Assembly: GCA_938084675.1 (NCBI GenBank)
Contig: CALKGM010000004.1
Coordinates: 3,339-67,338 of the forward strand
Direction of reading: 5' to 3'
DNA: 64,000 nt
From: Candidatus Poseidoniaceae archaeon
GTDB taxonomy: Archaea; Thermoplasmatota; Poseidoniia; Poseidoniales; Poseidoniaceae
The notes beneath the pieces were generated by a model. That model was not told where the DNA came from and searched no databases. It saw only the letters and a program-made list of their open reading frames with translations. Position numbers and translations under genes: made by a program. Positions 19,013-28,443 of this stretch are shown piece after piece. The first letter of the stretch is position 1. Each line of letters starts with the position of its first letter.

Positions 19013-19936
19013 TCAACCCGTCGCTTCAAGTTCGATCTGCAAATGTCCCGTTTGGAGCCATTTATCAATCAACTTTGAAGCATGTAACCGTTCTTCGTTG
19101 AGCCCATTCGGCCACATTTGTTGTGCTGCGAAGGCTTGGCTTGCCAAATCCACTTCAACATCACCGACAAGCATTCTATGCCACAATAATTCCTCAAGCC
19201 GGGGTGTAGAAAGCGTCATGTCTGCGAGGCATGGAAGAGCAAGTTCGCTCAACGCTTGTGTTCGTTGTTCTACATCCATTTTAGGCCACGCAGTTTGAAG
19301 TTTTTTGAGGCGTCGTTCAGCAAGTCCAGGAATCATGTTAGGGTTGGACTTTTGGACTTCGGGAAGGGAGGCCAATCGGATACTTCCTTCCTCCTTGAGG
19401 TGCATGTTTACCGCTGTGTAAATCGGGTCAATGGTGGTATCAAGCGAACCTCGCAACCACAAACCGAGAGATGAAAACGGTCGCATTTGACGAACCCGTC
19501 TACCGTTTGGAGCCAAACATGAAGCAAGAACTGATGCCTGAATCACACAATCCAATGCACCATGATGAATTCTATTTTGGTCACCAAGTTGTACTTGAGT
19601 TGCTAATGGGATAAGGCGTACAAACTCGTCTTCTTTGACATCCGCCAGATTCCAGGTTTCTTCCTCTGGGAGAATGACCACGCCTAATCCCGTTGAAGGA
19701 GGTTCTATTGTGAGCACTTCATCTCGGGGGCGGTGATGTCCAGCAGCATAAAAACGGCGTCTATATTTGAGCCCTGCATCCAAACAAGCCGCTTCAAGTT
19801 GACCGAGTGCAAGCACTCCCGCCAAAGATGATGGAGCATGGAGGTGAATCATCGGGGCTTGTTGAATCCGAGCCACCTGGTTCAAGAGACGTTCTTTCGA
19901 TTCTACGAAAAATGACGTTTCTAAGAGGCTTCGCAT
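19013..19936 (-). CDS. degenerate DHH-domain protein, possible inactivated RecJ/Cdc45-like (GAN-like) factor
   Basis: N-terminal pattern PMIHLHAPSSLAGVLALGQLEAACLDAGLKY is colinear with the RecJ/GAN motif I region (..I.H.DaDGi.sa.il...l...G), but DxD is replaced by PSS. A later NRIHHGALD is DHH-like. The gene sits directly downstream of the uS15 gene. CDS reality ~0.75; functional call is tentative. Confidence 0.4.
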   Translation of the reverse strand: MRSLLETSFFVESKERLLNQVARIQQAPMIHLHAPSSLAGVLALGQLEAACLDAGLKYRRRFYAAGHHRPRDEVLTIEPPSTGLGVVILPEEETWNLADVKEDEFVRLIPLATQVQLGDQNRIHHGALDCVIQASVLASCLAPNGRRVRQMRPFSSLGLWLRGSLDTTIDPIYTAVNMHLKEEGSIRLASLPEVQKSNPNMIPGLAERRLKKLQTAWPKMDVEQRTQALSELALPCLADMTLSTPRLEELLWHRMLVGDVEVDLASQAFAAQQMWPNGLNEERLHASKLIDKWLQTGHLQIELEATG

Positions 19937-20005
19937 GGTGCTCCCGTAACGCTTAGGTCGCTACCCCTCATCAAGTTGACCTTGGGGGGTTGTTCAAAGA
20001 TTGCT

Positions 20006-20464
20006 TCACTCAACCATTAGGCGGAGTTCGTCTCGCTTGTATCGCCAGTCACTTGGGAGGCGGCTTTCGCTCTTGTAGTAGTTAGCCAAACGACGAATCT
20101 TGGATTCTGTAATTTCCAAGGCTCGCTTGTTGTGAATATCCTTGTGGTTTCCAGAACCAAGATGGTTGATGATAGCGACTGCTTGTCGCATGAGGTTCAT
20201 CATATCTTCAGGGTAACTGCTGGTCATGTCGTTTTCTTTGAGGACTTGGCCAATACGCATTCCGAGGACCAAACGGACGTCAGGAACAGCGTGCTTGTCA
20301 CGGAGAATTGTACCGATTTCTGCGGTTGACTTACCGGACTTGGCAAGATCAAGAATGAGGGTTGTAACGGCGGATTTATCCTTGTTGGACCAATCAGGAG
20401 CATCACTTACATGAGGTCGAGAGGAGCCACTTTGACCTTTGCGGGACTTGAACATACGTGCCAT
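20006..20464 (-). CDS. rps15: 30S ribosomal protein uS15 (archaeal S15P / eukaryal S13e type)
   Basis: MARMFKSRKGQSGSSRP N-terminus and C-terminal S15 fold motif HLGSGNHKDIHNKRALEITESKIRRLANYY. The ORF-track start 20470 is TTG. ATG 20464 has AGGTGA (20471..20476) at 6 nt spacing. Confidence 0.93.
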   Translation of the reverse strand: MARMFKSRKGQSGSSRPHVSDAPDWSNKDKSAVTTLILDLAKSGKSTAEIGTILRDKHAVPDVRLVLGMRIGQVLKENDMTSSYPEDMMNLMRQAVAIINHLGSGNHKDIHNKRALEITESKIRRLANYYKSESRLPSDWRYKRDELRLMVE

Positions 20465-20470
20465 TTGCAA

Positions 20471-20476
20471 TCACCT
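20471..20476 (-). promoter_or_regulatory. Shine-Dalgarno site AGGTGA for rps15
   Basis: The minus strand reads TAGGTGATTGCAA-ATGGCACGT, 6 nt spacing to ATG 20464. The same GGTGA-type motif precedes pheT, rnhB, the TSP3 giant and pilin-like gene 2. Confidence 0.6.
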
Positions 20477-20548
20477 AGCGGCCTTCCGACTAATCTCCCC
20501 TTCTTAACCACTCCGCAACACCATGGCGCAGAACCTTGTGCAGTGGCC

Positions 20549-22321
20549 TTACTTCTTGCGTTGATGAGACTTTGCAAGAGTGCCAGGAGTGCCCTTCCAC
20601 TCCCATCCTGCAGCAACCGCCCGAGCGAGCCCGAGAACCTTTTCATCCTGAACGACTAAGAGGTCATCTCCTTGACGAATACTTGGATCATATGCTTCAA
20701 TCATGTGAGAAAATACATCACCTTTCCAGGTCAAACCACTTTTGATACTGATTACAGGTAGTGCATCGTGTTCAAAAAGAAGGTCAATTGAAGATTTTGA
20801 GAATGAAAAACCATTTCGGTCAATAGACCACACGGCAACTTGGACCCCATCTCGCTCCAAGCGCCAACGGGGAACCTTCCCCCGCACAGATACTCCCTTG
20901 AGCCATTCATCGCTTCGCATGTTTTTCCGGGCGACGCTCATGTAATTTGCACGGAGGCGCAGAGCGTTCTTCTGGTTGCGCAACTCATAGGTTTGAACTG
21001 CATCCTTCACAGCCAATTTCAAATCGTTCAAGGCATCATGTGACCCTGCGCCACGACCTTGTCGCGTCTCAACAACTTCACATTCAAGGAATGAGAGGTC
21101 CATGTCAGTATGATTGATGACTCGCTTGTAACCCGTTCGTTCCACGAGATTGCGAAGCATTCGTTCAACTCTGGCCAGTTCGTCACGATTCCAATCCCCA
21201 GTGACAGGAACGTCATATTGTGAGGCAGGCCACACGTCTTCTAAGTCCCGGGGCACTAATCCCAACGGGGAGGTCATCATGACTTCATGGCAGGCTGTCG
21301 ACTGTATGGCCTGTATGAACCTACTATGAGAGCGCGAGAGGCGGTAGGGCTTACGTGCTGAACAAGGGAGTAAAATCATCACCTCACGGACTTCGGAAGG
21401 TGTTTCATACCGTGTGGTCATGAAACGTTCCCAGTCGGTCACCAACGGTTCTTCAAGCATGGTCGTTGAATAGCAAGGAAAACGGGTATCTCGAGAAACG
21501 TGCGATGAGAGAAGTCCTTTCACGCTAGCGGCTGCTTGGTCGTGATACCTCAAGTGCTCTACAAGTCGGGGACTGGAGAGTGACTGTCGCTCAACAAGAG
21601 TACGAAGCGTTCCAGATTGAAGTGCAGAGCGTACCTCATCGAGTGATTGAATCCAGTGCTGGCTCTGAGCCTCGATGTCGGTGGATTCATGAGCCAGAGG
21701 ATATCGTGGCCCTTGCAAAGTCAAGAGAACTCCTGAAGAAGCTGCTTCGTGACTCCGACCCATGTCAAACAAATCTACGCCCATCCAGGTCAATACTGCC
21801 GCATTGTCGGGACCGCCCAAACCGGGTGTCCAAATTAGAGCCCCTGGGAATTGTTGTTTGAGAACCATCAGTGCGTCGACCAGTTTCCCAGGCTGAGCGG
21901 CCAGTTGAACCGCATCTGTAAGAACTACAATTTCAGGGTTCAAATCATCATCCATGAGGGACGAATCATGGTTCATCCGCTGCCATGATACGGGGAGTAA
22001 AGGGGAAGTACCTTGCTCTTCTCCGGCGTTTGCCTCTTCAAGAGAAGGAGGAAGAACATGCCCAATGTTCACGTCATATATCGGAGAATTAACATCAAAT
22101 TCTGGAGGGGATAACGGACAACGGGCTGAAAGTTGTAGACGCGCGGGGAGTTCATTCGTTTTTTGAGTTTCAAACGACGCATATGCAATGTCAAGGGCAG
22201 GGTCACCCTCCATCAATACAAGGCATGGTGTGGTGCTTGCAGGGGCCTTTCGGTCACCTAAGCCCCATATTCGGGCAAACCGGAGCCTGTGCAAGACTGT
22301 GCGTGCAAGAGGCCCCGTCAT
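20549..22321 (-). CDS. arcS: archaeosine synthase ArcS (TGT-like N-domain, DUF5591 core, C-terminal PUA)
   Basis: TGT-like LIWTPGLGGPDNAAVLTWMGVDLFD; DUF5591 signature LLPCSARKPY...MMTSPLGLVPRDLEDVWPASQYDVPVTGDW; PUA-like C-terminus GDDLLVVQDEKVLGLARAV; 590 aa. Confidence 0.75.
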   Translation of the reverse strand: MTGPLARTVLHRLRFARIWGLGDRKAPASTTPCLVLMEGDPALDIAYASFETQKTNELPARLQLSARCPLSPPEFDVNSPIYDVNIGHVLPPSLEEANAGEEQGTSPLLPVSWQRMNHDSSLMDDDLNPEIVVLTDAVQLAAQPGKLVDALMVLKQQFPGALIWTPGLGGPDNAAVLTWMGVDLFDMGRSHEAASSGVLLTLQGPRYPLAHESTDIEAQSQHWIQSLDEVRSALQSGTLRTLVERQSLSSPRLVEHLRYHDQAAASVKGLLSSHVSRDTRFPCYSTTMLEEPLVTDWERFMTTRYETPSEVREVMILLPCSARKPYRLSRSHSRFIQAIQSTACHEVMMTSPLGLVPRDLEDVWPASQYDVPVTGDWNRDELARVERMLRNLVERTGYKRVINHTDMDLSFLECEVVETRQGRGAGSHDALNDLKLAVKDAVQTYELRNQKNALRLRANYMSVARKNMRSDEWLKGVSVRGKVPRWRLERDGVQVAVWSIDRNGFSFSKSSIDLLFEHDALPVISIKSGLTWKGDVFSHMIEAYDPSIRQGDDLLVVQDEKVLGLARAVAAGWEWKGTPGTLAKSHQRKK

Positions 22322-22406
22322 GGTACGGCGTGCCGCCTTTGCTTCTTCAAGGGTTTGAACAACAATGAGCAGTGAATTTGAAAGACTTCGCCGCTGCCCC
22401 TAAGTC

Positions 22407-24623
22407 ATGGGAAGTATAAGGACGCCATCATTGGCCTTCTTTTTGGTGCTTCTTATGGCCACATCCGCACTGCCACTAGTCGGCGCATCTGAATCGGAAC
22501 TGATGATTCTTGAAGGACGAATTTTTACTGTGTCATTGGACGAAAACACCTCATATGAAACTTCAATTGATGTTGAAGAAAACAGTTTCATTCAACTTAC
22601 ACTCAAGTGCGAAGCATGCACTGGAAGTCTGATTGGAGATAACACCAATACATCGGGAACAGATCGAATGGAATTGTACCCTACCAGCGCCACATCAGTT
22701 ACAATGAGCATTTCAACCACGGTATCAGAAACCATCCGATTCACCCTCTACCATGGAGAAGTTGATTCCTTCCCTCATGTCCGACCCGGCCCTCTAGAGG
22801 CTTCACCGCATCACCCAATCGGGATATGCACGGACGCAGCGGTTTGCATGGACACGCTGCGGGGCACATTAGCATCGGTTGTTAATGACAGCACTGACCT
22901 GGATGTCTTGCAGTCAGGTGTAATCAACACGTCAGCTGATGAATACATGACGATTGATGTAAGCAAGGGAGATACTCTTGAATGGCAGTGGCTAGATACG
23001 ACCGAGGAAACAACCGCTACGGTGTACTTTCAAAATCAGACCGATGAACTCATGTTTGAAACAACATTATCCAGTTCCACAGGCCATACTGAACTCAACG
23101 GCTTACCAGTCCCAGTTGAATGGTGGATTGCTCCTGATTACGGACGCTTTATTGTGCGATTGTCGAGCCCAGTTTCGCCTGCTCTTTGGACAGCTCACGC
23201 CATGATCCACACCGATACTCCGACCACTCCGCTGATTGGTCAAGACCTCATCTATGGAGCAGAACTGCTTGGACACGGCTCTACAGTGTCCGTCTTTGAT
23301 TGGAATGATACTCAGTCGCTTCAACTTCACAGCCGTTTAGGCGAAATCCATCTTCGTGTTGACCAGTTGCTTAACGGGGCGTGGGTGACAGGTTTATCCG
23401 ACACCATTGCGAAAGGAGATTCTCGGAACATTTACCCCTACCCGGGGATTGTTGGAGGCCGAATTGTCATCAACGACACCTCAGTGTTCTCACTCGAATT
23501 ACAAACTCGCGAATACTCAGATAACAACGCTTGGCTTGAAGCACCGTCGTATATTCCCGCCACATTAGAGGTTGACAACTCCACCTGGCCAACAGTTGAC
23601 CTTACCGATTCAGGTTCCGGGGAACTAACCCTAGCCGTCCATGACACCACCGACACCTATCGATTTGTCGTTGATGGCTGGGAAGATTCAGTTCACTTCA
23701 TACAGTTCACCATCACGGGAAATATTTCAGAAATTGAGGCTCAAATGTGGGATGTTGACCAACTTACATCCCAAGTTCTTGATACGGCCCCGTCTGTAAT
23801 CGCCGGAGATTCCCTACGGGTCAGTATGCAGGTGGGAAGAGGAACACACTATCTCCAAATCAGAGCCATCAATTCAAGCGACGTCACACAGCATGATTGG
23901 GGTTCTGATGTACCATCTATTGACTACACCCTCACACCCAGCTATTCATTGATTGATGAAGGGGAAGAGCCCTGGTTCCCCCCAAGCGAAGATGCTGTGT
24001 TTTGGGGTGGAGTTGCTCGTTGGGTACTCGGGACTGCATTCCTCATTCCGGTGGCGTATCTTCTCATTCACCTGCAGCGAAGCCGCACCTATGGCAGAGA
24101 GATTTTTTCAAAGAAAGAGCGACTTGAATGGTATAGAACGAGATTGGATTCCGGAGAATCAAATGTCGTTGCATCACAGAAGGATTTGGTTCGAGCCCTC
24201 CATGCAGTTGCTCAACTTGAATGGGAAGACGGTTTGGACACATGGGGACAGCCGTCACTTCACCACCGAACCGAAGGTTTGGACCTCGCTGTTTGGAGAA
24301 TAGACAAACGGATGGCTAAGACACATGGTTCTTGGCCTCTTGTCATCGGTGTGCATGTCCTTGATGGAGAATGGGACCTCGCAGCCATCCGATTTGATTC
24401 ACCCGGTGGAGCGGCCTACACGGTTCGTAATGTTGAACCGAGATTTTTGTTCCAGGGAGAAGAAGTCTTCCTTGATACCCTGAAACAGGGACACCGTATG
24501 TTCCTCATGGTTGAACTGGAGGGAGATGCACCATCGGTAGACATTGAACTCAACGGCAGAATGAACACTGTACCGTTTGCATCACGAATACCCACAACCT
24601 TCGTCCGAGACGAAGAAGAATGA
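22407..24623 (+). CDS. type-I membrane protein, ~530-aa ectodomain plus ~190-aa cytoplasmic domain (hypothetical)
   Basis: Signal peptide SLAFFLVLLMATSALPLVGA; single TM WVLGTAFLIPVAYLLIHL; C-terminal soluble domain ending FVRDEEE. No catalytic motif recognised. Confidence 0.6.
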   Translation: MGSIRTPSLAFFLVLLMATSALPLVGASESELMILEGRIFTVSLDENTSYETSIDVEENSFIQLTLKCEACTGSLIGDNTNTSGTDRMELYPTSATSVTMSISTTVSETIRFTLYHGEVDSFPHVRPGPLEASPHHPIGICTDAAVCMDTLRGTLASVVNDSTDLDVLQSGVINTSADEYMTIDVSKGDTLEWQWLDTTEETTATVYFQNQTDELMFETTLSSSTGHTELNGLPVPVEWWIAPDYGRFIVRLSSPVSPALWTAHAMIHTDTPTTPLIGQDLIYGAELLGHGSTVSVFDWNDTQSLQLHSRLGEIHLRVDQLLNGAWVTGLSDTIAKGDSRNIYPYPGIVGGRIVINDTSVFSLELQTREYSDNNAWLEAPSYIPATLEVDNSTWPTVDLTDSGSGELTLAVHDTTDTYRFVVDGWEDSVHFIQFTITGNISEIEAQMWDVDQLTSQVLDTAPSVIAGDSLRVSMQVGRGTHYLQIRAINSSDVTQHDWGSDVPSIDYTLTPSYSLIDEGEEPWFPPSEDAVFWGGVARWVLGTAFLIPVAYLLIHLQRSRTYGREIFSKKERLEWYRTRLDSGESNVVASQKDLVRALHAVAQLEWEDGLDTWGQPSLHHRTEGLDLAVWRIDKRMAKTHGSWPLVIGVHVLDGEWDLAAIRFDSPGGAAYTVRNVEPRFLFQGEEVFLDTLKQGHRMFLMVELEGDAPSVDIELNGRMNTVPFASRIPTTFVRDEEE

Positions 24624-24624
24624 A

Positions 24625-25755
24625 TCAAGGACGTTTCCTACGGTCAATTGCATCATCAAGGATACTCTGAGTCACATTCTTTGGAGAAAGACTTTCCTTG
24701 AGAGCAGCAAGTGCTTTTTTCGTTGCCTTGGGTAATTTCTTTGGCATGTGGAGTTTAAGCAAAACGATCACGTCACCACGGCCAGAACCACGCTGGCGGG
24801 GTAGTCCGCGTTTACTCACGGTGATGGTTTCTCCTGAGTTTGACATTGCAGGGATTTTGATATCCAATGTCTTTCCGTCCATGTGATCAATGGAAATCGT
24901 AGTCCCCGAAACCATGTCCGTATATCCGAGAGGAAGGGACATGATGAGATCGGAGCCGCTCCGCTCAAACCACGGATGCTGTTCAATCTCAAGTTCAATG
25001 AACAGGTCTCCAGGCTGACCTTGACCGTGAGGAGCGGGTTCTCCGTTCCCCCGCATTCGAAGGCGAGTGCCGTCTTCTGCACCAAGTGGAACACTAAACC
25101 GTAGGGTTTTACTTTTCATCTCTTGACCTGAACCATTGCAATCCTCACATGGATTATCGCTTACATTTCCACGTCCTGAACATTCATCACAAGGCTGAAC
25201 GGATTGTTGAATGAAGGGACCTACTTGCTGGCGCACACGAACCTGTCCTTGTCCACCGCATCGCTGACAAGAACTCATTTCCCCATCTTGGGCACCGGTT
25301 CCCTCACAAGAGGAGCAAGCTTCAGGCAGATCGATAATAACCTCTTTCTCAGATTCCTCAAGTACATCCTTGAGTTCAATTGAATGTCGGATGAGAATGT
25401 CGCTTCCTCTTCGCTCTCGGCGTCTACCTCTGCCGCCTCCTCCAAACATGTTGGAGAAGAAATCTCCTCCGAGCAAGTCTTCAAGATTGATGTTAAATCC
25501 TCCACCGCCAAATCCACCAAATGGATTCCCTTGTGGACTGTCGTGGCCAAATCGGTCGTAGTGAGCACGCTTTTGCTGATCTGACAGCACAGCATAGGCT
25601 TCCTGAAGTTCTTTGAAACGGTCTTCAGCGTCCTCTTCGGTACTGCGGTCAGGATGGTATTTCCTGGCCAGTCGCCTAAAGGCATTTTTAAGGTCGCCAT
25701 CTGTTGCAGAGCGTTCAACACCCAAGACATCGTAATAGTCTCGTTTGTCTGCCAT
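24625..25755 (-). CDS. dnaJ: molecular chaperone DnaJ (type I, J-domain, G/F region, 4x CxxCxGxG zinc finger)
   Basis: MADKRDYYDVLGVERSATDGDLKNAFRRLARKYHPD with the HPD motif; GGFGGGGF G/F region; CSSCEGTG, CQRCGGQG, CDECSGRG, CEDCNGSG. The ORF-track start 25773 is TTG; ATG 25755 gives the canonical N-terminus. Confidence 0.92.
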   Translation of the reverse strand: MADKRDYYDVLGVERSATDGDLKNAFRRLARKYHPDRSTEEDAEDRFKELQEAYAVLSDQQKRAHYDRFGHDSPQGNPFGGFGGGGFNINLEDLLGGDFFSNMFGGGGRGRRRERRGSDILIRHSIELKDVLEESEKEVIIDLPEACSSCEGTGAQDGEMSSCQRCGGQGQVRVRQQVGPFIQQSVQPCDECSGRGNVSDNPCEDCNGSGQEMKSKTLRFSVPLGAEDGTRLRMRGNGEPAPHGQGQPGDLFIELEIEQHPWFERSGSDLIMSLPLGYTDMVSGTTISIDHMDGKTLDIKIPAMSNSGETITVSKRGLPRQRGSGRGDVIVLLKLHMPKKLPKATKKALAALKESLSPKNVTQSILDDAIDRRKRP

Positions 25756-25812
25756 AGCCTCGCCCCAACTCAAGACGAGAACAGGACACCTTTGAATCTC
25801 ACGGAACAGGTT

Positions 25813-26745
25813 TCAAAGATCAAGACCACAATTCGGACAAAATCGTTCGCCAAATGTGACCGATGAGTTGCACCCTCTACAAACAAGGCCGGAGGAGGGA
25901 GTATGTTGAGGCTGAGATACCGTGGTACCGAGCATGGCCATGGACTCGTAAGACTCTGATGGATTTGTCTGGGAGGGGCTTCCTGGAATACTTGCAGTTT
26001 TCAGTTCTTTTCCAGATGAAGTGATGACGGTTTTGACGCCTCCTGAATCGCTGTAACTTGTCATGTTAACTTCGACATCGTCCCGCTGGCCTTCAATTCG
26101 GAGGGGTGCAACCGGACGTTGTGCGGTCACTGGAGAGGAGGCAGCAGCCGCTGCAAGGCGATTCCTACGTTGCTCTTCTCGTTCCGCTCTCGCATCTCTG
26201 CCAAACAGTGAAGAAATCGCATCAAAGAACCGGTCCATCGGAGTTGGCTTTCGGACTGCTCCAATGGTTCCATGGATTTGCTCATCATCAAATGAGGCTT
26301 GTCCGCTTACGCGGGCGTTGGCCTTGACGACATGTCTTGCCTCATTGAGCATGCTGACTTCAATTTCATTATCTTCAGAGACTTGCATTTCTGGTGCTTC
26401 TTTAGAAAGATTGGAAATCGGTTGTGAAAGACCTGCTTTCGTAACATTATCCATTGTCGGGTCGAGTTCGACTTGAGTATTCCAAACACCACGTTCCTCA
26501 GCCGCATAGACGTGTTTAATCTTCTTCATAGCCTTTACACGATTGTATTCAAAATCCTTGACAACACGAGTTTTTCTGAATACAATGAATCCGAGAATGA
26601 GTGATAGGCCGTACCAAGCATACATAATTCGGGGTTCAAGTTCAAACATTGCCCTAAGAGGAGGGATGGAAAAATGGCAAGCCCCCATAATCAAGAGAGG
26701 CAACAATGCCAGACCTCGCGATGTGAAACTACGTGGACGTTCCAT
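25813..26745 (-). CDS. membrane protein with two N-terminal TM helices, low-complexity linker and C-terminal zinc ribbon (hypothetical)
   Basis: TM helices LALLPLLIMGACHFSI and MYAWYGLSLILGFIVF; C-terminal CRGCNSSVTFGERFCPNCG. The ORF-track start 26856 would overlap the upstream GT2 gene by 56 nt, so ATG 26745 (MERPRSF) is preferred. Confidence 0.55.
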   Translation of the reverse strand: MERPRSFTSRGLALLPLLIMGACHFSIPPLRAMFELEPRIMYAWYGLSLILGFIVFRKTRVVKDFEYNRVKAMKKIKHVYAAEERGVWNTQVELDPTMDNVTKAGLSQPISNLSKEAPEMQVSEDNEIEVSMLNEARHVVKANARVSGQASFDDEQIHGTIGAVRKPTPMDRFFDAISSLFGRDARAEREEQRRNRLAAAAASSPVTAQRPVAPLRIEGQRDDVEVNMTSYSDSGGVKTVITSSGKELKTASIPGSPSQTNPSESYESMAMLGTTVSQPQHTPSSGLVCRGCNSSVTFGERFCPNCGLDL

Positions 26746-26800
26746 ATGATTCAGTTTCCTGTTAGCAACTCTACTCAAGTATGTATGGGCTTGTTGTGCC

Positions 26801-27838
26801 TCATTTTCGGTCCTTGGGCGGCCTTCCTTTGCGCACCAACCCATCAGCAAGACCAAGCGTGAAACTCGTGTGCAACATCACCAAACATAACGGAACACCA
26901 AAACAAGAACTCATTGAACCAGTTCGAAAGGCATACCGGATTCCTTCAACGAACATTACAACGCCATAGACAGGAATTGGCAACCACCACATCCCCTGTC
27001 CTCCAATGAACAATGCAAGGAGGAGGAGTAATCCAAAGAACGGCAGAAACTCAACCATGTTGGTTCGCTTTGGATGCTTCAAGAGTACCTTTGTCCTCCA
27101 AAAACCGTACCGGTGTCCCATTCTCCACCATTGCATTAATGAGGTTCGTTTGACCATACTAACCGTCGGTTCAGCGTCCCTATACAATGAATACCCAGCA
27201 TCAAGAAGACGCATAGATAGTTCACTGTCTTGGCTGGTGATGAATCGCTCATCCCATCCATCGACCTCTTCAAGGCATTTACGACGATGCATGACAAAGG
27301 CTGGAATTCGGGTTGGTTCGTTTTCGGTAAATTGGCTAAACTGACCGTTGCTGTGTCCAAAAGGGGAAGAAATACACCCTTCAATCCATCGCTCTGAACC
27401 ATGCATCTCCCCTTTGCGTTGAACGACTCTGCACCCAACTCCTGCAAGCGATTTGCCTGCTTTACGCTCGCTTGCGTTCCATGCTTCAAGGCGCTGTTGA
27501 ATGTGGGTGGGTTCAATCGTGGCGTGTCCGATCATCTCAATGAGGAAATCAATCGAATCGGGGAGGAGTGAAAGTGCTAAGTTGCGGGCGTGAGCGACAG
27601 TTTGACCTGGGTTGTGATGCAGTTCAATGCGGGGCATTGAAGCGGCCTTGGCTTGTCCAATAAGAGATTCGACAAGGGGTATTGTGCCGTCGGTTGAGCC
27701 CCCATCCATTACTAAAATCATGTGAGACGATTTGGGGACCGTCTGGTTGAGAAGACCGTTTAGACATGCCTCAATGTGGAACGCTTCGTTGAGAACTGGG
27801 ATTACCGTGGCGATTGTGGGGCCATCGGATGTGTCCAT
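26801..27838 (-). CDS. family 2 glycosyltransferase with C-terminal TM helices
   Basis: IATVIPVLNEAFHIEACLNGLLNQT...ILVMDGGSTDGT (GT2 nucleotide-sugar binding / DxD region); C-terminal helices FLPFFGLLLLLALFIGG and VPLCLVMLHTSFTLGLA. Start set at ATG 27838 (MDTSDGPTIATVIPV). Confidence 0.8.
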   Translation of the reverse strand: MDTSDGPTIATVIPVLNEAFHIEACLNGLLNQTVPKSSHMILVMDGGSTDGTIPLVESLIGQAKAASMPRIELHHNPGQTVAHARNLALSLLPDSIDFLIEMIGHATIEPTHIQQRLEAWNASERKAGKSLAGVGCRVVQRKGEMHGSERWIEGCISSPFGHSNGQFSQFTENEPTRIPAFVMHRRKCLEEVDGWDERFITSQDSELSMRLLDAGYSLYRDAEPTVSMVKRTSLMQWWRMGHRYGFWRTKVLLKHPKRTNMVEFLPFFGLLLLLALFIGGQGMWWLPIPVYGVVMFVEGIRYAFRTGSMSSCFGVPLCLVMLHTSFTLGLADGLVRKGRPPKDRK

Positions 27839-27927
27839 GTGCTTTGGAATCCATCTTAGATTTTCACACTTCGCCTTTGAATGAACCATCACAGCATCTT
27901 CTTGAAGGCTGAACTACTCGCTCGCAC

Positions 27928-28443
27928 ATGGATGGGCCAAGACTCCGACTCACGGGTATCGGAGAGGGTCTTAGCACCACGGTGGTTACTGTATTATCCG
28001 GAGCGGATTCGCCCCGAAGAGTATTGCAAGCCGTCCATTCATTTTTTCCAGAGGCGAATGTTGATTCCATGCCCGAAGAGCCTTCATTTGGCTCTGCCGT
28101 TGATGAATTGTGGTCGTTTGAGGGACTTTCAATGCAGACCTTCCTGGCTGCATTGCACGAGCAACGAATTCTTGACACCGCCCTTGATTTCATGAGCCGT
28201 GACATCGTTGAAGACTCTACGGAATTTACAATCTCGCGCCAGGCGGCAATTGTAGAAAAAATTTCATTCCCAATTCCGGGAAAGGAACCAGTTGGAGGCG
28301 TCATTACCGTCCGCCTACAAGGGTCCGGCTTGAAAGAATGGCTTGAGGCGGCAACATGGCATAACGGTCGTTCTCAAGTACCGAGGACAATACATGATGA
28401 ACGCTCCATGCTCGACGACGGAGAAGCATCAACGTGGCATTGA
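27928..28443 (+). CDS. UPF0201 / COG1931-like putative RNA-binding protein
   Basis: The pattern LHEQRILDTALDFM...TEFTISRQAAIVEKISF...VGGVITVRL...EWL resembles the conserved ..qrIlDtaR...f.lnKQAA..g.v.F...lG.I.v core of archaeal UPF0201 proteins, recalled from memory and not searched. Confidence 0.45.
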   Translation: MDGPRLRLTGIGEGLSTTVVTVLSGADSPRRVLQAVHSFFPEANVDSMPEEPSFGSAVDELWSFEGLSMQTFLAALHEQRILDTALDFMSRDIVEDSTEFTISRQAAIVEKISFPIPGKEPVGGVITVRLQGSGLKEWLEAATWHNGRSQVPRTIHDERSMLDDGEASTWH

